Of a stretch of 64,000 nt of DNA, positions 39,930 to 52,489 are shown piece by piece. Each line of letters begins with the position of its first letter. Position 1 is the first letter of the stretch. Source of the stretch: Rhizophagus irregularis (Eukaryota); contig NC_089429.1 in NCBI RefSeq assembly GCF_026210795.1, positions 2,356,001 to 2,420,000 of the forward strand, given 5' to 3'. A model generated the notes under the pieces. It did not search any database, was not told the origin of the DNA, and saw nothing but the letters and a program-made list of their open reading frames with translations. Both the position numbers and the translations under genes were made by a program.

Positions 39930-40778
39930 ATGAGCAAGAGAAGTGACCTTCATTATTATCCTGATGGAGACATTCTTATTATAGTGGATAATACTATCTT
40001 TCGTGCACACAAAATTATATTAAAAATGGCTGCTCCAACCTTATTAAATCATGAACAACAAGGAAATGAAGGAAATGAATTACCTTTCATAAATATACCT
40101 GATATATCCGCATCTGTAATGGACATTGCCCTTTCGATTATTTATCCTCGTTATTTTATAATGCCTACTTGGGAGAATATCGACTCTCTTTTATCTCTTG
40201 CTTCAAATTATGTAATAAACAAAATTTATGTCGCCGGTGTAACTTTTTTATATCATAATTTTAAGAAAAACCCATTGGATGCTTTTTATTTAGCTGACAA
40301 ATATAAGCTTTCATTCTTATTTGAAGAAACTTCAAAGTTGGTTCTTGATCATTTACCTAAATACAAAGAAGATCCAACGTTTCAAAAACTCCCTCTTGAA
40401 ATTCAATCCGCTCTTATTGCTCGTCACATGAGTTATGTTCATTCTCTTGCTGAACTTTCTGTTAACCACTTCCTTTCTACGTATCATCATACATGTAATA
40501 ATCCTTCATTTCATAATAAACAATTGAATCAAGAAATTGAATCACGTGTCTTGTCAATTTTGGATCAACCTAGTAATATCACACCTTCGAAAGTTTGGAC
40601 CATAATGCTTTCACATATTAATATTAATGTATCAGATGGTACAGATTGTAATAGTTATTTTATGAGTGATCATCTTACTAAAAAGTTCAATATAATGTTC
40701 GGTGATTTTAAGTACTTGGAAATTGACAAGGATGAAGAAAACCCTAAATATTACATTTATATTTCAAGGAACAAATAA
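39930..40778 (+). CDS. BTB/POZ-domain protein, intronless, 282 aa
   Basis: YPDGDILIIVDNTIFRAHKIILKMAA...LSIIYP BTB pattern in an uninterrupted ORF. Confidence 0.9.
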   Translation: MSKRSDLHYYPDGDILIIVDNTIFRAHKIILKMAAPTLLNHEQQGNEGNELPFINIPDISASVMDIALSIIYPRYFIMPTWENIDSLLSLASNYVINKIYVAGVTFLYHNFKKNPLDAFYLADKYKLSFLFEETSKLVLDHLPKYKEDPTFQKLPLEIQSALIARHMSYVHSLAELSVNHFLSTYHHTCNNPSFHNKQLNQEIESRVLSILDQPSNITPSKVWTIMLSHININVSDGTDCNSYFMSDHLTKKFNIMFGDFKYLEIDKDEENPKYYIYISRNK

Positions 40779-43156
40779 GATGAGTGATTAAATGAGTTGA
40801 TTAGTAATGAAATTCTTCTAAAAAAAAAAAATTAAAATTATTTTGTTTAAATCACTGCGTGTCTGTTGACAAGTGATACAAATTTGACATGGTCATTGAT
40901 TACGCATTAGGAGTTAGGACAATGACATAAATTTACAGGAAGCGGTAACCAGGGGATGTTTAATCATATTCTGGGGTAGGGTAATAATGTTACCGTAATA
41001 TTATCTTCTGACGTCATTTATTAATGTGGAGCTATAGTTCCATTGTAATTAATGATTGTATTTTAACATAATAAAGAAAATAAAGAAAGCTATTGTAAAA
41101 ATGTTGATAGTACCAATTCCATTATTGCATTATTCAAGCCTTTTGTTGGCTCAAAAAGTTATTTAAAAAATCACCAGTCACATGACTTATATGACAGTTC
41201 ATTATCATTATATCATGTGATATTGACTAATTGTCATTTGTTTTATATAACAAAAAAATATAGCCCCGTCATACATATATATCTTTCTGGGAATTCCTTC
41301 TCATTATCTTATAGAAAAATACTGTCAGTACAATGAAGAACTAAATACTATCGCAAAATACCTTTAATTTATCTGAAATCATAGAGAAAGTAAAAAAATG
41401 TAAAATTTATTTAAGGTGACTAAATATTTTAGAAAGATAAAAGTTCCAAAGCAATTAAATCAATCATTTTTGAGAATTGAAGTACCTACAACAAGCTGTG
41501 AGTTATCTTCATTGTATTTTTAAAAATTTGAATATACCTGTTTATTTGACAATACTTAATAGTAATTTGTATATAAATGATTTTGAAGGATCAAATAACC
41601 ATTAAGTAGGTTAGTATTTTGGCTTGAACCTGATCTTTGGAATAATGAAAATTTCATAATGAATTATTCTGAGATAATAAGCTAATCAATTATTATTATC
41701 ATAGTAAAAATTAAATTTAATAAGAATTATCTTTAATAAATAAAATGAAGAAATTGTGACAATAATATTAGAAGAAATTAAAATATTAAACCTAGAACAA
41801 ACTGTAAAACTTCACTGTTCTTAGTATACTGAAAGGTTCATTTTTTAGATATAACATATATTGAATGTAACAAAAGAAACACTTTTCCAAATCTGATATT
41901 GCAAAAAACACTTACTGAATAAAATGAATAATTCAAATTTGAAGCCTATAACTGGACAAAAGTAATCTACAAATGCATCATCAGAAACATTATAAAGGAA
42001 AGACTTATGTGTCTTATTTTCAATAAATTTATCACCTTCTCAAATAAAACATGCATCTTTTATATAGTTCATATTGGCTTATACAATATCATTAATCACT
42101 TTTAAACCATCTTTTAGCCCTTTTGAAATATGTGTACAGATCAGAACCATTAATATGGAAGTGATAACAATTTAATGTTTAGTGATAAAAAATGTTTTTG
42201 AAACTTTTTATTAGCATAGAAAATAGTAAAAAACATACTTAACAAATTATTATAGCAACAATAAGTTGTCTATATATTTTTCTTACTCTTGTATTTAACC
42301 AACTTGAACTTTAACCTTACTTTTTTTAATGTTTAGTAAGTAAGACAAGTAGGAGAATATTTTATATATTATTAACAAAAATGAGTTATAAATGAAGACT
42401 TAATATAATTTTTAAAGGAATTGGAATACCTTTTCCTTTATGTTTGAGATTTTTCAAGAAATGTAATTGAGGATTTGATATGTTAAAGGTATTAAGATTG
42501 CAGCTGAAGTTATTAAAAGACAAATTTATAAAAATCATCTGTAATATTAAAGCATTCTTTACAAATTGCAAAAGTTTACAAAAAAAAGAAAATAATTCCA
42601 TCAATAATTATTATAAAAAAATCCTATTAATATATATAATGGTAAATTTTAGAAGAATTTTTCATAATTTTAAAATTAATACAATCTGTACATGTATATA
42701 TTTAAAGTCTTGGTAGATGTAAGATATGAAAAAAATAATTTAATAATACGAATTAGAATTTTAGAATTTTATACTTTATCAATAAAAATATAAAATTTTA
42801 TTGAAATTTTTTTTTAAAAATTGTATGATCTATATATTACTATTATTGTCTTGCTGATTATAAACAAATTCGTTTTAAAAATCTGAAAAATTTATCTGAT
42901 TCAAGTTATTTAGGAATTTAAGTTATATCAGATCAGATCAGAAATCAAATTACATAAATTTTAATCTAAATATTTATTAAGTTTAATTTTTATATTCAGG
43001 TTAAGTTTAAATACATTATCAAATCCAACCTGATTTGACTCTTTTAGAACACTAAATAGAGATTGTAAGCTTTAATATTTGCATGTATTATTACTATACT
43101 ATTCAAGAATATAAAGAAACTAAAAGTCTAATAATATGTTGATCGATATTAATATA

Positions 43157-43595
43157 GGACTGGGAAAACTTATAATAAAGGTCATCGGACAATAGTAAAA
43201 TGATGGTTTTGCCTAAATTAATAAAAATTTTTCTTAAGTAATTAAACTAAAAATCTAACAAATCATACAGAAATGTCTAAAAAATAAAATGAATCATAAA
43301 TTATTCTTTTAATATCAATATTAACTGAGATCATTAAATTTTCCGAAAAAAATTTTATAATAACGCGAACCACTTTTTAAAAAATTTACTAATTATGCGA
43401 ACCACCTTTTGTGTTACACAGAATATATAAAAATTTAAATTGAGTGTATAAATCATGCATTCAACTCTAAACTTAAACAGATAAGTTTAATCCACACATT
43501 TTGGCTTCATTAAAAATTGTATATATAAAAAATTCAATGGATTTTACTAGTGTGCCGGGTACTACAGTGACCTCCATTATAGGTTTTCCCGGTCC
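43157..43595. mobile_element. Mutator (MULE)-type MITE (439 bp)
   Basis: ~29-bp TIRs GGACYGGGAAAACYTATAATRRAGGTCAY and a 10-bp TSD TATTAATATA at 43147-43156 and 43596-43605. Confidence 0.85.
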
Positions 43596-46500
43596 TATTA
43601 ATATAGTAAATAATTTTTGCAGAATATATATTTATTTAAAGAAATATACCCAGAATTTAAATGGATGAGAAAATACCTTAAATAATACTAATATAACTTA
43701 CAAATAATTTTAAATACCAAATAAAAATATATTTTATGGCATAATTTTATTAATGTTGAAGCTAATAATGTGAATTAGAATCCAATTGTATATAAAATAG
43801 GGATATGTAAGATAATGAAATTTTGAAAATACTTCTATAATATGTAACTTTTGAAAAATTTTAATATAAATTTTAAGAAACTCAAATATGAGTTGTATTA
43901 GTATGATATTATTTAGAATTCTGATAAGAATACACAAATTATAAAAAGAAAATGAATAATACAAAAGAATATAATAGAGAAAACAAGAAAAGCAAGCAAA
44001 GATTTTTAGTGATATTAAACATGATTATTTTTTAGTTGAAAAAAGTATCTATTAATCAGTTATCTAAATAATTTACCATAATACCACCAATTTTTTAATT
44101 AAAATTTCATTTCATATAACTGGTAATATTTAAAGAAATGTAAAAAAAATAATTTTGGAAAGCAAAAAGAAAAACTAAATCTTTTATATAAATATAAATA
44201 GTGATACTAGTGATGAATAATATTAAGTAAATCATATATTAAGGGTAGATTTTTATAAACTAATAGCATTCAAAAAAATTCTTTGATCATATAATCTGTT
44301 TTATTTATTACATCACACTTCTATTTGAGTTTACTGTTTAAATTAATCTAAGAGACTTAGTTTTTTTTTAAGTAGATGAATTATTATATTTTATTTAGTA
44401 CACTTTAAATTTTTCAATTACATATCAATATATAATGCCAATAAAATTTAAAGAATTTTCTGGATGCTATTGAAATAGTTTAGATTTTTGGTTGATTACA
44501 CTAAAATTGATCAGAAGTTTTAGAAGTAAGTCTTTTAATTTTTATAAAATATTATACTTTCTGAATTTGCCATACTATTATTCATAGCAGTATTATAAAA
44601 TTTTCTTTTAATAATTACTTTATAACCTTCTTGTTTATTTATTTTTATGCAATTTCTTTGTTAATCCTTTCTCTTTCCATATATATAGCTTTATAACTTT
44701 TATTTAATATAATGCTATATTATTCTACTGACTATTTTCATTTGCAATATTATAAGCTATTTTATATTGTATACTTTTCTTATATTTTTTTAAAGTTCAA
44801 TGGAATTTAAATTATCATAAAATACAGATTTATTCATAAAAATCTCTATATTTTCAATAATGAAATTTAGTATGCAAAAAGTATTTACATATCCAAAATT
44901 TGTCTTAATTTTGGAATATTATTTGCAGCAAAAACTTTTAGAATCTTTGTGGAAATAATGTTTATAAAGGAATATATGGAGTTCTTTTTCAATTAAGTTA
45001 TAGAATATTTTTACTATAGAAGGCATAATAAATTATGATAATTTTGGCCAACACTATTCCATAATTTTGGTCAAGTTATTGTGATCCAAATTTGATAAAA
45101 AAAGGGATATATAGTAAGTTAAAAAAAAACTGAAAATAATTGCATTTTTAATAGGTATTTTTCTTCAGAAATATTATATATAATTATAGAAAATGGATAT
45201 CTTATTATAGGATTTCAAACAATATTGATACAACAACTTACATGAGAGTTTATCAAAAGTTGCGTATTATAGAGGTATTTTCAGATCGAAGTCATATTTT
45301 TTTTTTGTGGAACAGGTATCGCCAAAAAAGGACATGACCTGCATAGATGACATCACGTGATCGGATGAAATAACGGATTGGAGCCTTCAATCAGTCATCT
45401 GAACTTTACAGATTAACTTTAGCAGTAGCGTAGTTTTACTGTTGGAGTAGTTCTTAATTGGGAGACTAGGTCCTGCCTGCGGGATGTTAAATACATATAA
45501 TAGTTAGTTTTTACTACTTGTAGTTCTTGCTTCTATTAAAAGTTTTTTTTGTAATACTTGTCTACTGAAATAAAAAAAAAAAAAAAATCTGAGCTTTACA
45601 GAATGAGCAGAATGAGCGCAATTGACCAATTAAGTAGACTACTGTGTCTAATGCAATACGATACTCCAACCGAATAATTTTAAAATGTTAACCGTAGAAG
45701 TCAGCACGAAAGCCAGCTTAACGTTCAATTAAAATTTTAATTATCATTTAATTACGTGAATCGATTTCAAAAAAAAAAAAAATACTGTATTATCCTGAAA
45801 GGAAAAACTCATTTCTCTTAAAAACCATAAATGATAATATTGAGCAATTTTCTTTTCAATGTAAGAGAAAAGTGTTACAATGTGGTTAAACCATCATTTT
45901 CAAACATGTGAATGTGATGATCCTAGCAAAGATAGTCGGACAATAATTCTTCATTTATCGTGCTGCATTAGCAAGAACTTAAAGGAGTAATCTTGTAGTC
46001 AAGAGCCAAAGTTATAGCATGACGAAATATTTTTAAATAAAATTCGGGGCAAAAAAACCAGTCAAAGGCTTCTGGCCAACCGTTTGGTGACTGACCACCC
46101 GACCGTGATCGTTGCATCAACACTATCTCTTTGTTAGGAAACCAAAAAAAAAAATAAATCAATTTTGTAATAATATAAACAAGAAATCAAATGAGAATAA
46201 TCATCACGATGTAATAAAAAGTACGTAATTGAAAATTTGAAATCATTGTATTACAAGAGCCTCATGATACAGCTAGCGAGGCATAAAATTGTTAATAAAA
46301 AAATGAGAAATTCGTGTTACACATGATAAAAATTTTAAATTAAAAAAATTTTATTATTTTACTTTTTTTGGTATTTTTTTTCTTTAGATTTTTCTCAATG
46401 AAATTAAAAACTCGTTGATAAACTTGTTCGGCGTATTAAAACTTTTTAGAGATATTAACCTTTACACAACATGTGACCATGATTGTTTAAAAGATTATCA

Positions 46501-46938
46501 TTCTCTGCACGTTAGACAAAATCAAAATTAGATTATTCTTTGGAAATTCTTAAAAGTTCCTAATTTGGATTTATGTAAATTTTTATCAATCAACATAATG
46601 TTCAGGCGCAATTATACGATTTATAGAAATTATCTAAATAATAAATTATTTCAAGCTCTTATTTAGAAATTGAAGAATTCAAAGCCCGGCTTCAATGATA
46701 TTGGCTCATTGTAGAACTATGTTCGGATGTTCGATGTTTTAATTCCGTTGTAATAAACCTCGTGAATCAAATCTTGTGTCGCCCTTTCTTCTGTATAATA
46801 CATATGAACTTGCATTTTCTTTAAAAGCTCATATTTTTGAACCAGAGAATTGAAATTGTGTTATATTACTTCTATACAATATTTCTTTAAACAAGAATTA
46901 TCTTCTCTTTTGTGTTTACTGTTTTAACAGCAAATAAA

Positions 46939-47931
46939 ATGTCTAAAAATACTTTTTTTCTTTTTCGATTATTCGTTCTCCTTATTTGTGTGTTCCAAGT
47001 TTATGGTCAAATTTCTGATCAATTACCTCGTAAGTTGGGTGCAAATAAAATCCTCATTCATTCCACTTCTAAATGAATTTTTTTAATATTAGAGGGATGG
47101 ATTCGCGCCGGAAGTAAACCAGATGAATATCAAATGGGAGTCGATTCTGCAATATTTCATGGAACAGCAGCTGTAAGGACTTTAAAGCGAATATAATTTT
47201 TTTCTTAAAAATTTTATCTTCAGGCAACATATTTATAAGAGTTCCATTTTTTTGAATAGGTTGGAAGTAGTGGTTTTATAAAATCACTCTCAGGAGTGAA
47301 CTATAGTGAATTTGGTACTTTGATGCAAAGGTTCACTCCAAAAGAATTTAAAGGAAACCGAGTTCAACTTTCATGTTTCATAAAATATGAAGTAAGAATT
47401 CTAATATTAATTTATTTATTTTTTTAAAAACAAATCGATAATCTTATGTTTATTGTTTATTATCTATTATTTTTGTTTTAGAATATCTTAGGGAATGCTG
47501 GTTTGTGGATGCGAGTCGATACCCCAAAGGAACAGACTCTCGATAATATGCTTGATCGACCAATCAAAGGTAAAATATCGTTGTTATATAACAGATAATG
47601 TATAATTACCCTAATTTATTTATTTATTTATTTTTAACAGGTACTGATAATTGGACAGAATTTACAAATGTTTTAGATGTTCCTAAAGACGCGGAAAGAA
47701 TTGCCTTTGGTATTTTATTAAAAGGTTAGTCTCTTAAAATAAAAAGTTAATTATAATAAATATACACTAATATATTTAAAACCTTTCACCAATACTATTT
47801 TAGGTGACGGTCATGCTTGGCTTGATGATTGTAAATTCGAAATCGTAGATAAATCTGTTCCATTAACTCCGCACTTAACTGCATCTGCACCTGAAAAACA
47901 ATTGGATCATCCAATAAATCTTTCTTTCTAA
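46939..47931 (+). CDS. Secreted 200-aa protein with a bacterial-type jelly-roll (CBM-like) domain, 6 exons
   Basis: Exons 46939-47029, 47093-47172, 47260-47391, 47482-47569, 47641-47724 and 47804-47931 total 603 nt in frame. Hydrophobic N-terminus; motifs GWIRAGSKPDEYQMGVD, FGTLMQ, AGLWMRVD, DNMLDRPIKGT, VLDVP, IAFGILLKGDGHAWLDD and PINLSF. Confidence 0.9.
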
Positions 47932-49417
47932 AACTTGAAACTTTTTAGTACATTTTTAAAATAATTAAAGAACTAAACTTAATTCATATAATATATATTT
48001 TAGTTGAATTTTTAAATTAAATCATACAAATAAATATTAAAGTCATATTTAAAAAATTAACAATTACTTGCACGATCAGTATAACGAATAGTTTATTTTA
48101 TTAACTTAAAATTCAATAGATTGGAACACTTGATGCACTCGTTGTTATTTCAGACGAACTTATAAAATATGATCAATCCTTTGAATCGACAGCTTTCAAG
48201 ATTGTTGATATTTTACGCACCCTTTTACAAGGCGACAAGTTTATTATATGTTGAATTGTATCGTACAAAAACTCTTTCTTTCACTTCTTTTACTTTCATA
48301 GTAAAATAATATTTTAATAAAAGAGTAGCAATAAAACATTATAAAAATATACTGCTAAAATACATACGAGTTATCAGGAAAAGAGTCCTGATGAGACTGT
48401 TAGCACTTTGTCGGATAACTCAAAAACATAAATTAACATATTTAATAACCGATAACGCTAATTCTCGCACGCAAGACTTAAAAATGGTGTCCAAGAAGAA
48501 ACAGAGAAAATTTTCGCAAAAGGCCTCGCAAAGAAGCTCCCACCAAAATAGTATATGTGGGTAATATGAACTGACTTTACACTCATGAACAGAATTAAAT
48601 TAATTACAAATATTAAAAAAAAGGCTGTTTAAAAGGAATGGTGGAGTTAAATGGCATAAGGTAAAATTGGTTACAAAATATTTCGAATTTTTAACTTTGC
48701 GGTGAGTTTATATTACTTTCACCATTATTAGCTTAAACTTTAGATTAAACTTATGAATTTAGTAAATTTAATTTCTTTTAGGTCATTGTATTTGAAAACT
48801 TCAACGTATTAAAAAAATGCAAGAGGTTGCAAGAGAGATTGTCTGAAGAAAGGCGATTAATTTCAATGATATTTTATTATAAACAATTTGACATTACTAT
48901 TTAATTTCAGAGTTCGATTTTATAATTAATTTTTATATATCAAATTTCGTCACAATTATTAATTAATGCAAATATGCAAATTGAAAGGATGTAATAAGAC
49001 CACCCATCAAAAATTTTACTATCACGTGACTTTTGGCCCGCATTACGCCATTATGGCATTATGTACTAACGTGTAAAAATAAACAGTGACGAATAACCCA
49101 CTCGAAAAAACAAGTCCCTCAGATAAATATAGTTTGCGTGAATAGTAGAGGGTGTGATGCCTGTAATGAATATTTTCCACTGTCTCGTGATAGTGAAATT
49201 TGATTGGGAAAATACCATTTGTCAGCAACTTTTGGCGAAAAAAAATTTTGATCTGTACACATTAACATAAAGTAAACACTATTATGTATACGAAACTAGC
49301 ATAAATTATTATTTTGACCACATTTCATTTGATTTTACATAGTGATAAAATTCCCGAAATACTGTATATCAGATTTAACACAATGGCGCACCGTGAAACT
49401 TCACCCATAAAAAAATT

Positions 49418-50233
49418 AACTACAAGTTCTTACAAATGTAGTAAGTCTCTAACATCTAAAAATTTAACCGGATTAACCGGCTCATGTAAATACGCTAATT
49501 GGTCTGTAACGTCATTGCCAATAAGGGCATCTTCCACCTGATCACCGGGATATTCTTCCCAGACTTGAATTTTGGCTGGAACCCATTTAGTCCAATTGGT
49601 ATCATCACCGATGGAAACCATAAATACATCAGACATACCAATCATTAGGGCCGTTAAAATAATAGATAAAATAATTCTCCTAAACATATAGTCTAATACA
49701 TATTCAAACCTTATAGTCATCGCCATTGTTTACACGTCGAACGGTTACCATTCTTGCCGGTGGACTACGTGGCAATTTTGTGTATTTGTACAGCACCAGG
49801 CATAGTTTTGAATATGGAGTTCAATTTATCATCGTCATACTTTTGCCCATAGTACTCTATTATTCTTTGATTATGTACTGTCACCCAATCGTTTTCGCGT
49901 CCAGAAAACTCACCCTTGTCAAGTGCATTGTAGAAAAATAGGAGGTTAAGCCCAACCTCTAAATCAAACTCTTCATCGGATTTGGACCCAACCTTAGTGA
50001 TGCTATTGAAGGCGCTCCTTCTAAGATATTCCGGCATCGAATAGGGCCACCTAAAGTTCTGGCTCATTCGAGCTATGGCGTATTGCCACTGTGCTATTCA
50101 AGAATATAAAGAAACTATTTATTACCAAGAAACCTTTGTACTTGACCAGGCACTTTCTCGTACGTGAAAAGAGTTTGTAGCATTTCACATTTGTTTTAAA
50201 AGTGCCCATTACTTTAGCTAAAATACGAGACAT
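49418..50233 (-). pseudogene. Frameshifted hypothetical protein, possibly with a retropepsin-like C-terminus
   Basis: Three consecutive coding-like ORFs in different frames (50051-50233, 49765-50067, 49430-49726). C-terminal ALIGNDV motif; no D-T/S-G motif is visible. Confidence 0.5.
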
Positions 50234-50837
50234 CGATGTTAATATAAATAATTTTTACAGGATACGTGTTTATTATATTTATTAGTAAAGAAATATATCC
50301 AACAGACGGGATCCAAATGGGTGAGAGTACGCAAAGAATGCAAATTATAAAAAGAAAAGCGAGTAATATGAAGGGATATAATAGAGAAAACAAGAAAAGC
50401 AAGCAAAGGTTTTTAGTGACGTTAAACATGATTATTTTTTGGTTTGGAAAGAGTGCCTATCGATCAGTTGTCTACCCAATTTTATAATTAAAATTTCACC
50501 CCACGTCCCCACGTGACCGGCGTGACCGGCGTGTTTTATATAGATTTTAAATCAGGTTGGTTACGTTTACACAAACGATTATCTTTGCACATCTTAAATT
50601 TCAATGAATTTCTTTAAATTAAAATTTTGTTTTCCTTGACTCATCAGAAATGAAAGTAAAATTTGTTTATCGAGAACTTAAATTGGAAAATCTTGATAAG
50701 AAGCAAATACGTTTTCAAATAGAACCAAATTTTTTAAACTTTTTTCTTTTAAAACATTGAGCTCGACAGAAATTTCATTTATTTTTATAATTATTTAAAA
50801 AAAAAAAGTTAAATTTAAAACTGGCAACGTTTATAAA

Positions 50838-52489
50838 TGAGTGCAAAATTTGGAAATTATTAGTTCCTGTTAGTTGCATTGGTATGTAACGCTAAAATAT
50901 TTTAATATTTATTATTTCTTAATGAAATTTATTATACTTTTATAAATTATAGTCTGTGGTCTGGCTATAATTCCGTTTACCGTCGTTCCTACGTGTTAGC
51001 AATTGGTGGTTCTGTCTTTATTGAAGCTGGTGCTGTTGAAATTTTTGCTTTCTCTTTAGAAAACCATCATGGTGTGAATTCTGAAAAAAACTGGGTATAT
51101 GGTCTCATTATAACTGATGTAAGCTTCCTCACTATCAGTTGCGTAAAGCAGCTTATTTTAGTTGCTACTCGATTAGAGAAACACTTTTTGGATGCCTCGA
51201 AACATGACATATCAGCCTTGTTAAGTACCAGCTCAGCAGATGTCACAACGGGAACCAATTGTTGTTTCAACATTCTTTGGTGGTCTATCTACCTACAGAA
51301 TATTATATGGATCTGGAAATTTGATGAAAAGACTATTGGAATATTTGGATACATAAAAAAAAATTGTTAGCTATTACCAACTTATCCCAATTGACACAAA
51401 GGTTCTGATGGCGAAAATAGTACAATGACGAGTACTCAAACTGATAATTTTGCAGAGGTCTCGGAATCAATGAAGGAACAAGAATTTATTCTACGAGAGA
51501 TTCCATTGAAACTTTTTGATCTCAAAAACTACCTTTGACGAACACGAACATGTGTTTCAACGTATGCTTACGTTTATTCAGAAACCGATACGTCAATTGT
51601 TTCTTCATCAAATGCTTTGATTAGTCTACAAGTGAAAATTTTCATACTCCTCAGTCCAATCCAATTGGCCTGTTACGAGTAACCAATGTAATCACAATTA
51701 TGACCGACAAATTTAACAATCTGAGACAATAAGTGAAAGAACATACGTTTATCGGTCGAACTTCATCCAATAATATGCTTAATATGGACGAACAACTTTC
51801 CTAATAAAGCCAAGGTTATGGGGGTTCATCGGAGCATAAAATTCTGGATGTACTATAGACATTCACAGCCTCTTATTTGATTGGGGTATTACCTAACCGA
51901 AGGACAACTACTGGACAACTAGCAAAATCTTTATTGCCAGTCGGTGTGATGATGTGCGTTCTAACAGAACACGATTTGATACTACTGGATTGTTGTGATA
52001 TTGTAGATTCTGCTACTGGTAATCTTGAAACCTGCCTCAATATTAGTTTTATTAATTTCAATTATAAAATATTCCTTAATAAGTAATAATCGACGCGTTC
52101 TTTTTTGATAACTTTCAGGGTACCTACTTGAATTCTTTGCTTATATGGCTTCCAGTCATCTGGTTATTCATATTTCAGTTCCTAAAGAAACGGAAAGTGA
52201 TTAGTCCGTGTTTCGGAACAACCCACTAGTTATATTCATGCTAAATTGATTTGGCCAGTTCAAGTGCGCGGCTCTAAGCGAAGCATTTGAAATATCCAAA
52301 ATCAATTTGTTTTCTTCGCGGACCAATATGGTAAATCCTGATGAAGATGATAAAATTACATTCACACAAGGATTTCAAAACTATTTACCTGATAATATAC
52401 TTCCACAAAGCGTCACCGACTTTATTAATCATGATATAATTGACAAAAAAAACGGATGTATATATTACCTCAGTAAATATGCTTGTTGA
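50838..52489 (+). pseudogene. Decayed coding region of unknown family
   Basis: Raised GC content and several coding-like ORF fragments (50993-51370, 51877-52086, 52307-52489) broken by stops; no diagnostic motif. Confidence 0.3.
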
